Source: Enterobacteria phage GEC-3S. From it: a stretch of DNA of 64,000 bases. The notes beneath the pieces were generated by a model that worked only from the letters and a program-made list of their open reading frames with translations, had not been told where the DNA came from and ran no database searches. The position numbers and the translations under genes were made by a program. The stretch lies in sequence record HE978309, one strand, 5' to 3'. This document shows positions 18,372-25,752 of this stretch, piece after piece; the first letter of the stretch is position 1; the number at the start of each line of letters is the position of its first letter.

Positions 18372-18619
18372 GCTGCCCCCGTTGGTTTGATAGTAACAGA
18401 ATCTAAAAGACCTTTGTTAGCCAGTTCGCGGCAAGTTTTCAGATCCGCAACTTCCCAGCCAGCCGCAATCAGGTTATCAATCAGGCTGTTAGCAACTTCT
18501 TCGCTCATGAAAGAGCACTGTTTGCCGATGGTGTAGCGTACACGCTGTAATTTCAGTTTACGGAAGCCTTTAACGTTCAGGTCTTTAGCGATTTTCTTTG
18601 CGGTTTCGATGTTAGCCAT
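18368..18619 (-). CDS. hypothetical early protein (83 aa)
   Basis: ORF track; first gene after a promoter cassette; GGAGAATCAAAC RBS. Confidence 0.5.
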   Translation of the reverse strand: MANIETAKKIAKDLNVKGFRKLKLQRVRYTIGKQCSFMSEEVANSLIDNLIAAGWEVADLKTCRELANKGLLDSVTIKPTGAA

Positions 18620-18656
18620 TGTTTGATTCTCCTAAGTGGTATCTCGTCTTGATGGT

Positions 18657-18698
18657 TGTATTGTAGGGGAGTTATCCTCCCCTGTCAACACTTTTTAT
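18657..18698 (-). promoter_or_regulatory. early promoter cassette (PeSL-like)
   Basis: TTGACA, spacer GGGGAGGATAACTCCCC palindrome, TACAAT. Confidence 0.55.
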
Positions 18699-18702
18699 AA
18701 AA

Positions 18703-18870
18703 TTATTTGTTAATTTCTGGTGCGTTGCTAGGATAGTAACCTTCTTTAACTCCGAGGTATTTCGCAACCATCCCTACAATCTTCTGTGCTACTACAATGT
18801 CAAATTTCAGATAATCTTCGCCGTAGGTTTCAATGATATATGCTTCACATGCTGCTTTAGTCTCGAACAT
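18703..18870 (-). CDS. small protein, copy A of a duplicated gene (55 aa)
   Basis: MFETKAACEAYIIETYGEDYLKFDIVVAQKIVGMVAKYLGVKEGYYPSNAPEINK; about 85% nt identity to 21979..22146. Confidence 0.5.
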   Translation of the reverse strand: MFETKAACEAYIIETYGEDYLKFDIVVAQKIVGMVAKYLGVKEGYYPSNAPEINK

Positions 18871-18902
18871 TTTGATTCTCCTATATTTCGTTTCGGTATG
18901 GG

Positions 18903-18944
18903 TGTATTATAGGGGATCTCCCGATCCCCGTCAACAACTTTTTT
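18903..18944 (-). promoter_or_regulatory. early promoter cassette (PeSL-like)
   Basis: TTGACG, spacer GGGATCGGGAGATCCCC, TATAAT, conserved leader. Confidence 0.6.
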
Positions 18945-18948
18945 AAAA

Positions 18949-19230
18949 TTATTCGTGATTAGTTTCGATGTTGTGCATTTTGCACCAGTTCAGCCAATCG
19001 ACCAGGTCTTGATAGTTGATGCTTTTATCTGCTGCCATCGTTTTTGTCTTGATACCCATATGTGCGTTATGAGTAAGCATTTTTACAGTGAACTCAATTT
19101 TATCGCCTTTAGCTTTAACATCAACCAGTTTGGTCCACTGGCTACCAGCGCCGCGAATGTTCATGCCAACGATGTTTCCGATGTATGCTTCTTTGTTTTT
19201 CAGGATTTCGGTTGCTTTGATGAATTTCAT
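18949..19230 (-). CDS. hypothetical early protein (93 aa)
   Basis: ORF track; GGAGAATCAAA RBS. Confidence 0.5.
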   Translation of the reverse strand: MKFIKATEILKNKEAYIGNIVGMNIRGAGSQWTKLVDVKAKGDKIEFTVKMLTHNAHMGIKTKTMAADKSINYQDLVDWLNWCKMHNIETNHE

Positions 19231-19261
19231 TTTTGATTCTCCAGTTCGTTTCGGTATGGGT

Positions 19262-19303
19262 GTATTATGCTATGTTCTTACTTTGGTGTCAACAACTTTT
19301 TTA
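19262..19303 (-). promoter_or_regulatory. early promoter cassette (PeSL-like)
   Basis: TTGACA, 17-18 nt, CATAAT, conserved leader ACACCCATACCGAAACGAAC. Confidence 0.55.
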
Positions 19304-19570
19304 GATATTTTCAGAAATAAATTTTAAAACTTGACGTAAATGTTTCTCATCTTTGATAGTCGCCGGAAGTTCTTCTTTTACTTCCTGTGCAAGATAGATA
19401 TTTCCGTTCCAAGTGAAAGATCCGTCTTCGTTTACGCGATAGCTGAACATCCACTCGCAATCATTTTCGATTTCATATACACATAGAAGAGTATAATCTT
19501 CAAAGCTATTGATTTCAAGGTCGAAGCCGTGACGTTTTGCAAAGTTGGTAGTGGTTTTAGTCAGTGCCAT
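19301..19570 (-). CDS. hypothetical early protein (89 aa)
   Basis: ORF track; GGAGAATCAAAC RBS. Confidence 0.5.
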   Translation of the reverse strand: MALTKTTTNFAKRHGFDLEINSFEDYTLLCVYEIENDCEWMFSYRVNEDGSFTWNGNIYLAQEVKEELPATIKDEKHLRQVLKFISENI

Positions 19571-19606
19571 TGTTTGATTCTCCTAAGTGGTATCTCGTTT
19601 CGATGG

Positions 19607-19648
19607 GTGTATTATGCTATAGGCGTGATCTGGTGTCAATTCTTTTTT
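19607..19648 (-). promoter_or_regulatory. early promoter cassette (PeSL-like)
   Basis: TTGACA then CATAAT-like -10, conserved leader variant. Confidence 0.5.
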
Positions 19649-19659
19649 TAAATTTTATG

Positions 19660-19687
19660 CAATAAAAAAGCCGACGCTATGGTCGGC
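19660..19687 (-). terminator. rho-independent terminator
   Basis: hairpin AGCCGACC-AUAGC-GUCGGCU then UUUUUUAUU. Confidence 0.5.
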
Positions 19688-19695
19688 TAATAAAA

Positions 19696-20004
19696 TCATT
19701 TAGACAAATAATCATTCAGTGCAATCCGGTCGGCGTATGCTGGTGTTACGTCAATCGCAATCACTTTAACGCGTGCTTTCTTGCGACCTGGGTTTTCACG
19801 TAACCAGTGCTCATGACCGTGAACATTTTTATACTGCGATGCTTCTTCGAAGGTACGGATCGGACCTGGGTAATCAGCGTAAAGGATCTCTAGATCTTCG
19901 GTGATGTAAAAATATACATCGTAATTGCTGTTCTCTAGCTTAAGCAGAGACTTTCGGAACATTGGGAGATTTTCGCGGGTAAATTCAAAGATATTATCTT
20001 TCAT
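19696..20004 (-). CDS. HxHW-family small protein, paralog 1
   Basis: 102 aa; YDVYFYITEDLEILY...HGHEHW...VIAIDV. Confidence 0.55.
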   Translation of the reverse strand: MKDNIFEFTRENLPMFRKSLLKLENSNYDVYFYITEDLEILYADYPGPIRTFEEASQYKNVHGHEHWLRENPGRKKARVKVIAIDVTPAYADRIALNDYLSK

Positions 20005-20026
20005 AGTATTATCCTCAATAGTTGGA

Positions 20027-20049
20027 TGAAAAGGGGCGTTAACGCCCCC
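20027..20049 (-). terminator. hairpin, weak terminator
   Basis: GGGGCG-TTAA-CGCCCC with a short U-run; near-copy of the 16005 hairpin. Confidence 0.3.
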
Positions 20050-20054
20050 ATATA

Positions 20055-20342
20055 TTAAAACAGTCCTTCCTGTACACCGTAGTAGAGTTCGTCGCTGATA
20101 ATTTCATTAATGCGACGGTGTGCATATTCCTGATTTGCGAAGTTGTCAGCAAGTTCTATTTTAGTTTCGCCGTCATGAGTCCATTTAGTGATAACTTTAC
20201 CATCTGCAAATTTGAAGTTGAACTCTTTAGCTACTGCATCGCGTACCAGACGTGCAAACTTATTGTTGCGGATTGCATTGTCGGTTTCGTGTGCAGCGTG
20301 AGCAAATTTGTTAACTTTCAGAGTGATAGTGATGTATGCCAT
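20055..20342 (-). CDS. hypothetical early protein (95 aa), related to 23382..23693
   Basis: ORF track; shared segment ...RNNKFARLVRDAVAKEFNFKF vs ...LIREVRKALAKEFNTKI. Confidence 0.5.
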   Translation of the reverse strand: MAYITITLKVNKFAHAAHETDNAIRNNKFARLVRDAVAKEFNFKFADGKVITKWTHDGETKIELADNFANQEYAHRRINEIISDELYYGVQEGLF

Positions 20343-20385
20343 AATTTGATTCTCCTAGTTAGAAAGTGTATCTCGTTTCGATGGG

Positions 20386-20427
20386 GATATTATGCTATAT
20401 CCCCGATCCGGTGTCAACACTTTTTAT
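20386..20427 (-). promoter_or_regulatory. early promoter cassette (PeSL-like)
   Basis: TTGACA; -10 CATAAT lies inside hairpin GGGGATAT...ATATCCCC. Confidence 0.5.
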
Positions 20428-20702
20428 AAAATAATTTTTTGATATTTTTCTATGATGTTCGTGTAAGTCACATCAACCGCTAGCACTGTTGCTTCGAATC
20501 CACCGTTTAGCCAATGGCTATGATCATGGTCGTGAAAGAAACCTAGACCAGTACGAAGACCTTCTTTATATTCTGCGCGTACATTCAGTTTGTCGTCGAT
20601 AAACAGATAAAACCATGAATTTTTACTAGGATTGATGATACAACCTTTCAGATTAGGGAGAATATCACGACTAAGAATAAACTTATCACCTACTTTGAAC
20701 AT
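20424..20702 (-). CDS. HxHW-family small protein, paralog 2
   Basis: ORF track 20424..20717; start ATG with GAGGA RBS; WFYLFIDDKLNV...HDHDHSHW...VLAVDV. Confidence 0.55.
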   Translation of the reverse strand: MFKVGDKFILSRDILPNLKGCIINPSKNSWFYLFIDDKLNVRAEYKEGLRTGLGFFHDHDHSHWLNGGFEATVLAVDVTYTNIIEKYQKIIL

Positions 20703-20706
20703 AATA

Positions 20707-21027
20707 TTAGTCCTCACTTATAAGGTCAAACCAATTGTTTTTCGCATAATGCTTAATGCGTGCTTGATCTGCTTCCGCTGGTGATAGATTCCATGCAACC
20801 ACTACAACTTCTGACGCATCGTCATCAGTTTCCGATACCCAATGATTGTGATTCATACAGTTATTTGCTATCGAGTGAGCAAATGATTTCATCACTGGAG
20901 ACGTATAATCATAGTAACGGATTTTCAGATTTTCATCAACATACAAATAGATCGTATAAGGTTTATATTCAGTAACAAGTAACAGACAGTTACGCAATTC
21001 TGGGAAAATCTTTTTAGTTAATTTCAT
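20707..21027 (-). CDS. HxHW-family small protein, paralog 3
   Basis: 106 aa; YTIYLYVDENLKIRY...NHNHW...VVVAWNL. Confidence 0.55.
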   Translation of the reverse strand: MKLTKKIFPELRNCLLLVTEYKPYTIYLYVDENLKIRYYDYTSPVMKSFAHSIANNCMNHNHWVSETDDDASEVVVVAWNLSPAEADQARIKHYAKNNWFDLISED

Positions 21028-21229
21028 ATTCTAGTTCTCCGTAATACACGGTAATCCATTTTTCTTCATATTTTGTATCTTTCCAGCACACAATACCGTT
21101 TACTGTGCAATCTTTGGAATTGACGAATGATTCATATTGTTCCGCATCTTCCATCATTTCATGAGCGGTCTTTTCATCGAATATATCGCAGATCGCTTTA
21201 TATGCTCGATAATCTTTAAATTTGCTCAT
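21014..21229 (-). CDS. small protein, tandem duplicate (copy 1)
   Basis: MSKFKDYRAYKAICDIFDEKTAHEMMEDAEQYESF..., paralog of the adjacent upstream gene. Confidence 0.5.
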   Translation of the reverse strand: MSKFKDYRAYKAICDIFDEKTAHEMMEDAEQYESFVNSKDCTVNGIVCWKDTKYEEKWITVYYGELEYEIN

Positions 21230-21231
21230 AA

Positions 21232-21441
21232 TTAACACCACTCAAGAGTTTTTGAAAACACATCTATCCATTGTTGAGTATATGCGGTTTCTTTCCATGA
21301 TACAATACCAGTCGAATAATGGTTTTTGTTTCCAGAAAAGGACGGGCATTTTGATGCATCTTCCATCATCTTTTCGGCGAACTCTGGTTCGTATACTCGC
21401 AAGATCTGTTGATATGCTTTATAATCTTTAAACTTACTCAT
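21232..21441 (-). CDS. small protein, tandem duplicate (copy 2)
   Basis: MSKFKDYKAYQQILRVYEPEFAEKMMEDASKCPSF... Confidence 0.5.
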   Translation of the reverse strand: MSKFKDYKAYQQILRVYEPEFAEKMMEDASKCPSFSGNKNHYSTGIVSWKETAYTQQWIDVFSKTLEWC

Positions 21442-21722
21442 AACAACACCACCGATACATCGTAATCATTCGCGACCTTATCGGCTTCTTCAACCGACAT
21501 AATACCTTCTGCGACAATTGGCATAGGGTGATCGTGATTCCACCAATGGTCATGTATATCAATTTCAGTTTTGCCGGAAAATGAATCATGTTTGACGTTT
21601 TTCACTTTATACCCGATGTGACCGTCGTGGTCAATAAAGATATAGTTTCCGAAAATCGGTGTCTGTAAAATCATACCGAAAAATTTTTCTTTGTTGTTCG
21701 GGTCGAGTGTAATCATTTTCAT
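21438..21722 (-). CDS. HxHW-family small protein, paralog 4
   Basis: 94 aa; NYIFIDHDGHIGY...HDHWWNHDH. Confidence 0.5.
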   Translation of the reverse strand: MKMITLDPNNKEKFFGMILQTPIFGNYIFIDHDGHIGYKVKNVKHDSFSGKTEIDIHDHWWNHDHPMPIVAEGIMSVEEADKVANDYDVSVVLL

Positions 21723-21734
21723 AATATATTCCTC

Positions 21735-21914
21735 TTAGAAAGGGATGGTCATTTCTTGAGCTTGTACATTCTCGTTAGGATTAAACTTCATCCAACCGAT
21801 ATTGTCTACCAGCATATGCACATTTTTATCATATCCTACGTGAGTAGTCAACACTAAATGTGCTTTACATTCAACGATGATTTCCATGTACTTCTGAACT
21901 TCGATAGCTTTCAT
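21735..21914 (-). CDS. hypothetical small protein (59 aa)
   Basis: sub-60-aa ORF MKAIEVQKYMEIIVECKAHL...; GGAGAATCAAA RBS; promoter cassette upstream. Confidence 0.4.
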   Translation of the reverse strand: MKAIEVQKYMEIIVECKAHLVLTTHVGYDKNVHMLVDNIGWMKFNPNENVQAQEMTIPF

Positions 21915-21943
21915 TTTGATTCTCCGTTTGTTGTCTTGATGGG

Positions 21944-21985
21944 AGTATCTTACTACTCCCTTTAATCATTGTCAACGATTATTTG
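21944..21985 (-). promoter_or_regulatory. early promoter cassette (PeSL-like)
   Basis: TTGACA, spacer containing GGGAGTAGTAAGATACTCCC hairpin, weak -10. Confidence 0.45.
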
Positions 21986-22146
21986 TTAATTTCTGGTGCG
22001 TTGCTCGGATAGTAACCTTCTTTAACACCCAGATATTTTGCAACCATTCCGGTGATCTTCTGTGCTACTACGATATCGAATTTCAGGTAGTCTTCACCGT
22101 GGTTTGCTACAATGTATGCTTCGCATTCTGCTTTAGTCTGGAACAT
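21979..22146 (-). CDS. small protein, copy B of a duplicated gene (55 aa)
   Basis: ORF track 21979..22212; start at MFQTKAECEAY... with GGAGAATCAAAA RBS; duplicate of 18703..18870. Confidence 0.5.
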   Translation of the reverse strand: MFQTKAECEAYIVANHGEDYLKFDIVVAQKITGMVAKYLGVKEGYYPSNAPEINK

Positions 22147-22177
22147 TTTTGATTCTCCTATATCTCGTTGGTATGTG

Positions 22178-22219
22178 TGTAGTATAGGGGATCGGTGATC
22201 CCCTGTCAACAACTTTTTT
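22178..22219 (-). promoter_or_regulatory. early promoter cassette (PeSL-like)
   Basis: TTGACA, spacer GGGGATCACCGATCCCC, TATACT. Confidence 0.55.
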
Positions 22220-22526
22220 ATTCTTCATCTTCATTTTTATCTTTATATGCGTACTTCATAAATTTGTCTGCTACTTTGTCCGCGTTTTCAGGTTCTACGT
22301 CTGACGCTAGGACAACAGCTAGTTCGGTTTTGTCGTTTCCGTCATACCAATGATTATGAGTGTCGTTTTCTTCGATATAAAACGAATCATTTGGAGTTGT
22401 TCGACAATATACGTCTAAATTCCCATCGATATAAAAGATCCAATCCGAATACAAAATGATTGCTTTAGCCAGATTTTTATTGTCTCTTACAAAAGGTTCC
22501 GCGACAAATAGCTTAGTTTGTTCCAT
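22218..22526 (-). CDS. HxHW-family small protein, paralog 5
   Basis: ORF track 22218..22583; start at MEQTKLF... with GAGGAAAA RBS; WIFYIDGNLDVY...HNHW...AVVLASDV. Confidence 0.55.
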   Translation of the reverse strand: MEQTKLFVAEPFVRDNKNLAKAIILYSDWIFYIDGNLDVYCRTTPNDSFYIEENDTHNHWYDGNDKTELAVVLASDVEPENADKVADKFMKYAYKDKNEDEE

Positions 22527-22542
22527 AATATTTTCCTCAAAA

Positions 22543-22734
22543 TTATACAGCTTCGTAAACTTCCCAATGTTCAGCGCCAACACGCTTAACGAAAAGGTTT
22601 TCTTTGATGTTATTCATAAACGTCTGGATAGATTTAATGCGGTTGGAAGGTTTCCAGTCTTCGTTGGCATTGCGGCGATACATAATAACATTACCAGTTC
22701 GCTTATATTCAGCAACCATTTTAAGATCACACAT
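22543..22734 (-). CDS. hypothetical early protein (63 aa)
   Basis: ORF track; GAGGATAAT RBS. Confidence 0.45.
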   Translation of the reverse strand: MCDLKMVAEYKRTGNVIMYRRNANEDWKPSNRIKSIQTFMNNIKENLFVKRVGAEHWEVYEAV

Positions 22735-22779
22735 AATATTATCCTCAATTTGTGGGAGAGTATTACCCCTCCCAATGAT

Positions 22780-22821
22780 TGTTATGTTATATCACACAAA
22801 ATGGCGTGTCAATGCTTCTTT
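22780..22821 (-). promoter_or_regulatory. early promoter (sigma70-like)
   Basis: TTGACA, 17 nt, TAACAT; overlaps the 3' end of the upstream ORF. Confidence 0.4.
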
Positions 22822-23112
22822 TGCGGTTCCGCTAAGACTTTCGATCTCGCCTGGCATAACATCAACCGCCAGAACTTCGACAACATCCTCGGACCCTAAC
22901 CAGTGAGTATGGCCTTTGTAGAACTTGATAACCAGACTACCTTCCTCATCCCATTTAACGCTATCGCTAGCCCACCACACATCACCGTCGATAAAGTTGA
23001 TGTAAAGCACACTACGCCACATTGAATTAATTACTTTCAATACTGCGCCTTTCATCTCTTCCACGGTATGGTCTTCCATTTTGAAGACCTCACCTACCTG
23101 AACTTTTGCCAT
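22792..23112 (-). CDS. HxHW-family small protein, paralog 6
   Basis: 106 aa; VLYINFIDGDVWW...HTHW...VLAVDV. Confidence 0.55.
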   Translation of the reverse strand: MAKVQVGEVFKMEDHTVEEMKGAVLKVINSMWRSVLYINFIDGDVWWASDSVKWDEEGSLVIKFYKGHTHWLGSEDVVEVLAVDVMPGEIESLSGTAKEALTRHFV

Positions 23113-23129
23113 TTAGTCACCTCTCTTTA

Positions 23130-23309
23130 TTACATAACAATCACGCCAGCCGTTGAAAGTTGATGTTTCAACTGAGCATTTTCTGCTACCGTCAAATCAA
23201 TGATTTCTTGTGACGCTGCAATCATATATCCATTGGTGATATTGTTTTGCATCAGTTCAATGGTTTCTTCGTTGTAGCGGATTTTAGCGATGATTTCGTT
23301 GAAGTTCAT
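23130..23309 (-). CDS. hypothetical small protein (59 aa)
   Basis: sub-60-aa ORF MNFNEIIAKIRYNEETIELMQ...; GGAGAATCAATC RBS. Confidence 0.4.
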   Translation of the reverse strand: MNFNEIIAKIRYNEETIELMQNNITNGYMIAASQEIIDLTVAENAQLKHQLSTAGVIVM

Positions 23310-23341
23310 GATTGATTCTCCTAGTTCGTTTCGGTATGTGT

Positions 23342-23383
23342 GTATTATAGGGGATCTCCCGATCCCCTGTCAACAACTTTTTT
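23342..23383 (-). promoter_or_regulatory. early promoter cassette (PeSL-like)
   Basis: TTGACA, spacer GGGGATCGGGAGATCCCC, TATAAT, conserved leader. Confidence 0.6.
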
Positions 23384-23693
23384 AAAGTTTTTCCATGATA
23401 ACGGTCATAATTACATCTTCTGCGCGAGCGGTCAGATTATCAGCGTCAGCATGTGGGCGGTTGGTTGTTACAGAGATAGCACCGTTGCGCACTGGTTTGA
23501 TATTGATATCAAGATGATCCGCGAAACGTTCGCCAGTTACAGAATGAATTTTGGTGTTAAATTCTTTTGCCAGTGCCTTGCGAACTTCACGAATCAGGGT
23601 AGCGTTTTTCAGTTGGTTCTCCGCGCTCATGGTCTTCTGGGTGTTCATGGTTCCGTCGAAGTCAATCATTGGCAGCGTTACGATGTATTTCAT
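23382..23693 (-). CDS. hypothetical early protein (103 aa), related to 20055..20342
   Basis: ORF track; GGAGAATCAAAA RBS. Confidence 0.5.
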   Translation of the reverse strand: MKYIVTLPMIDFDGTMNTQKTMSAENQLKNATLIREVRKALAKEFNTKIHSVTGERFADHLDINIKPVRNGAISVTTNRPHADADNLTARAEDVIMTVIMEKL

Positions 23694-23736
23694 TTTTGAT
23701 TCTCCGTTTAAGAAAGTGTGTTTCGTTTTGATGTGT

Positions 23737-23778
23737 GTATTATAAGGGGATCACCGATCCCCTGTCAACAACTTTTTG
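23737..23778 (-). promoter_or_regulatory. early promoter cassette (PeSL-like)
   Basis: TTGACA, spacer GGGGATCGGTGATCCCC, TATAAT. Confidence 0.6.
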
Positions 23779-23780
23779 AA

Positions 23781-24257
23781 TTATTTTTCTTGATGCTCGC
23801 GCTCGTACTTTTCGAAATAAAATTCTACTGGCTGATCGTGGATTGAAAGCAAGCCAAAGCGTTTAGCCGCTCGCAATCCCATATTGCGCTGAATGTACTT
23901 CTGGAAGTTCTCGCGTATACACTTACGCCAGTATTCTAAGCCCATACAGCTTTTATAAAGATTGCATTGCACACACGCCGGATTCATGTTATCAAGTATA
24001 TCATGTTCCGGTTTATGCATTCCTACAACCTTATACTTCCACGATCCATCATCATTACGGGCAATTCGTCCATTTTCATCATAGACTACCTTTGAGCGTC
24101 GCAATACTGGTTTGATATGGTCTGCGTGCCAGCGATCCCCTAGTTCCTCGCCACAATAGGCACAACGCCCACCGTATTTCATTTTCAGGATCTGGCGTTG
24201 CTCTTTCTTTGACAATTTTTTAGGTTTAGGGGCTTTCGCCCCTTCATTATCACACAT
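23781..24257 (-). CDS. HNH endonuclease (free-standing, homing-endonuclease-like)
   Basis: 158 aa; CAYCG...HADHIKP...N...ACVQCN HNH motif; start overlaps ligase stop. Confidence 0.65.
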   Translation of the reverse strand: MCDNEGAKAPKPKKLSKKEQRQILKMKYGGRCAYCGEELGDRWHADHIKPVLRRSKVVYDENGRIARNDDGSWKYKVVGMHKPEHDILDNMNPACVQCNLYKSCMGLEYWRKCIRENFQKYIQRNMGLRAAKRFGLLSIHDQPVEFYFEKYEREHQEK

Positions 24258-25752
24258 CGAATACCTCTTTTACTGTATTTGCCGTGGTCTTGTCGTAGCG
24301 AATACGTTTGATGATCGGGAGAAATAAAGAGAACTCCGGTTCATCTTCTTTACGTGATTTGCTGCGAATGTACCCGTTGCATGTCATCTCAATGACTTTT
24401 CCGACCAGGTTATGCCGTTCAGCCCATAACATTTCTCGGTCAAGTTCATTTCGACGATCGAACGGAATTACACGTTCAGTACCATCATCACCTTTTTCGG
24501 TTGTAGTGTCGGTTAATCCCGATCCGGTGTTAGTCATCATTCGTCCGCACGCACTACGGACAGTAAAACCGCCTACCTTATTGGGGTCTTTACTATGCGG
24601 ATATACATCAACAATTTCCGCGTCGAAGTCAATAACTTCTTTAAATTTAACCTGATCTTTACTGCGACGATCTTCAAATACACCATGTAAATTTTTAAGG
24701 ATAATACCTTCTAAGCCCATGTTTACATAGCGATGATATACTTCGCGAGCTTCATCGATATTGTTAACTACGGTATTTTCGATTATCTGAACACGAGGAT
24801 CGTTAAGTTCTTCAACAATCTGTTTTAGTTCTTCGAATCGATCTTTATATTGCTTCGTTGCTTTCTCGTTTCCGTAATACACATCACGGTCGATAACATC
24901 CCAGACAGTGTAAACAATACATTGGGCTTCTTCTTTTGGAATAGTTCCTTTCAGTGATTTGTTGAGGATACCATTTCCGGTCTGACGATCTGCAACAACG
25001 GATTCTTTCACCGCTTCCGCTACTGGCGTTAATGGCATTTCCTCTTCTTCAAATATCCATGACAGAGTACCATCATAAACGCTCTCAACGAAGTTCTGCG
25101 CTGGTGTTTGCGAAAGGGTAGGCATATATACCAATTCGCCATCTAGAACAATTCCACGGCCTCGTAGACGCTCTAAAACCGCAAACAAATCATCAAGCCC
25201 TTGATAGGTATTACCTGAGCGGGTATAGATTGCTAATGTTTCCCCGTCAATATCAGCCATACCACGAGCGCCATCGCTTTTAAGTTGTGCATACGCCGGA
25301 TACTTGATATTAGAAATAGTCTTATCAGAACATGACGATGCAAGGTGGCACGGTTGCTGAGGGATCAGTTTCTTCCATACCTTGTTTGCAGTGGTAGCGG
25401 AACAACCGCATTCCAGGTCACGATTCAGGACCATCATTGCAACTTTAGCATCATCCTCTGACAAGCAAGTCAGAGTATCGGTAACTAGCTGTAATGCTGC
25501 GTTGCCAGTTACTTGACGCGTGGCAAGTTTATTTTTAAAGACCTGTAATGCACCGGATAAAGACAATACAGACGAATAGCGAGATGGTTTATCGTATTTC
25601 TTTACGCCAAACGTAACCTGTTTGCAATATGCCAGATAAAAGCATTCTTTCAGCGTTTCATTGCTCGCGGATTCTTTCAGAATCTTTTCTTTCAGCGATG
25701 TTTTGTCTGTTGCTGCAAGCTGATTAATGATATTAAGAATTGACATTTTCAC
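24250..25752 (-). CDS. 30: ATP-dependent DNA ligase
   Basis: 500 aa; KSDGARG adenylation motif and flanking similarity to T4 gp30. Confidence 0.9.
   Translation of the reverse strand: MKMSILNIINQLAATDKTSLKEKILKESASNETLKECFYLAYCKQVTFGVKKYDKPSRYSSVLSLSGALQVFKNKLATRQVTGNAALQLVTDTLTCLSEDDAKVAMMVLNRDLECGCSATTANKVWKKLIPQQPCHLASSCSDKTISNIKYPAYAQLKSDGARGMADIDGETLAIYTRSGNTYQGLDDLFAVLERLRGRGIVLDGELVYMPTLSQTPAQNFVESVYDGTLSWIFEEEEMPLTPVAEAVKESVVADRQTGNGILNKSLKGTIPKEEAQCIVYTVWDVIDRDVYYGNEKATKQYKDRFEELKQIVEELNDPRVQIIENTVVNNIDEAREVYHRYVNMGLEGIILKNLHGVFEDRRSKDQVKFKEVIDFDAEIVDVYPHSKDPNKVGGFTVRSACGRMMTNTGSGLTDTTTEKGDDGTERVIPFDRRNELDREMLWAERHNLVGKVIEMTCNGYIRSKSRKEDEPEFSLFLPIIKRIRYDKTTANTVKEVFDV

Noticed and set aside
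16260-23780. Regularly recurring 40-60-bp elements with palindromic cores, considered as a CRISPR array
   Set aside because: Spacing is irregular (300-700 bp), each unit carries TTGACA and TATAAT boxes and precedes an ORF with a Shine-Dalgarno, and the intervening sequence is protein-coding; these are promoter cassettes, not repeat-spacer units
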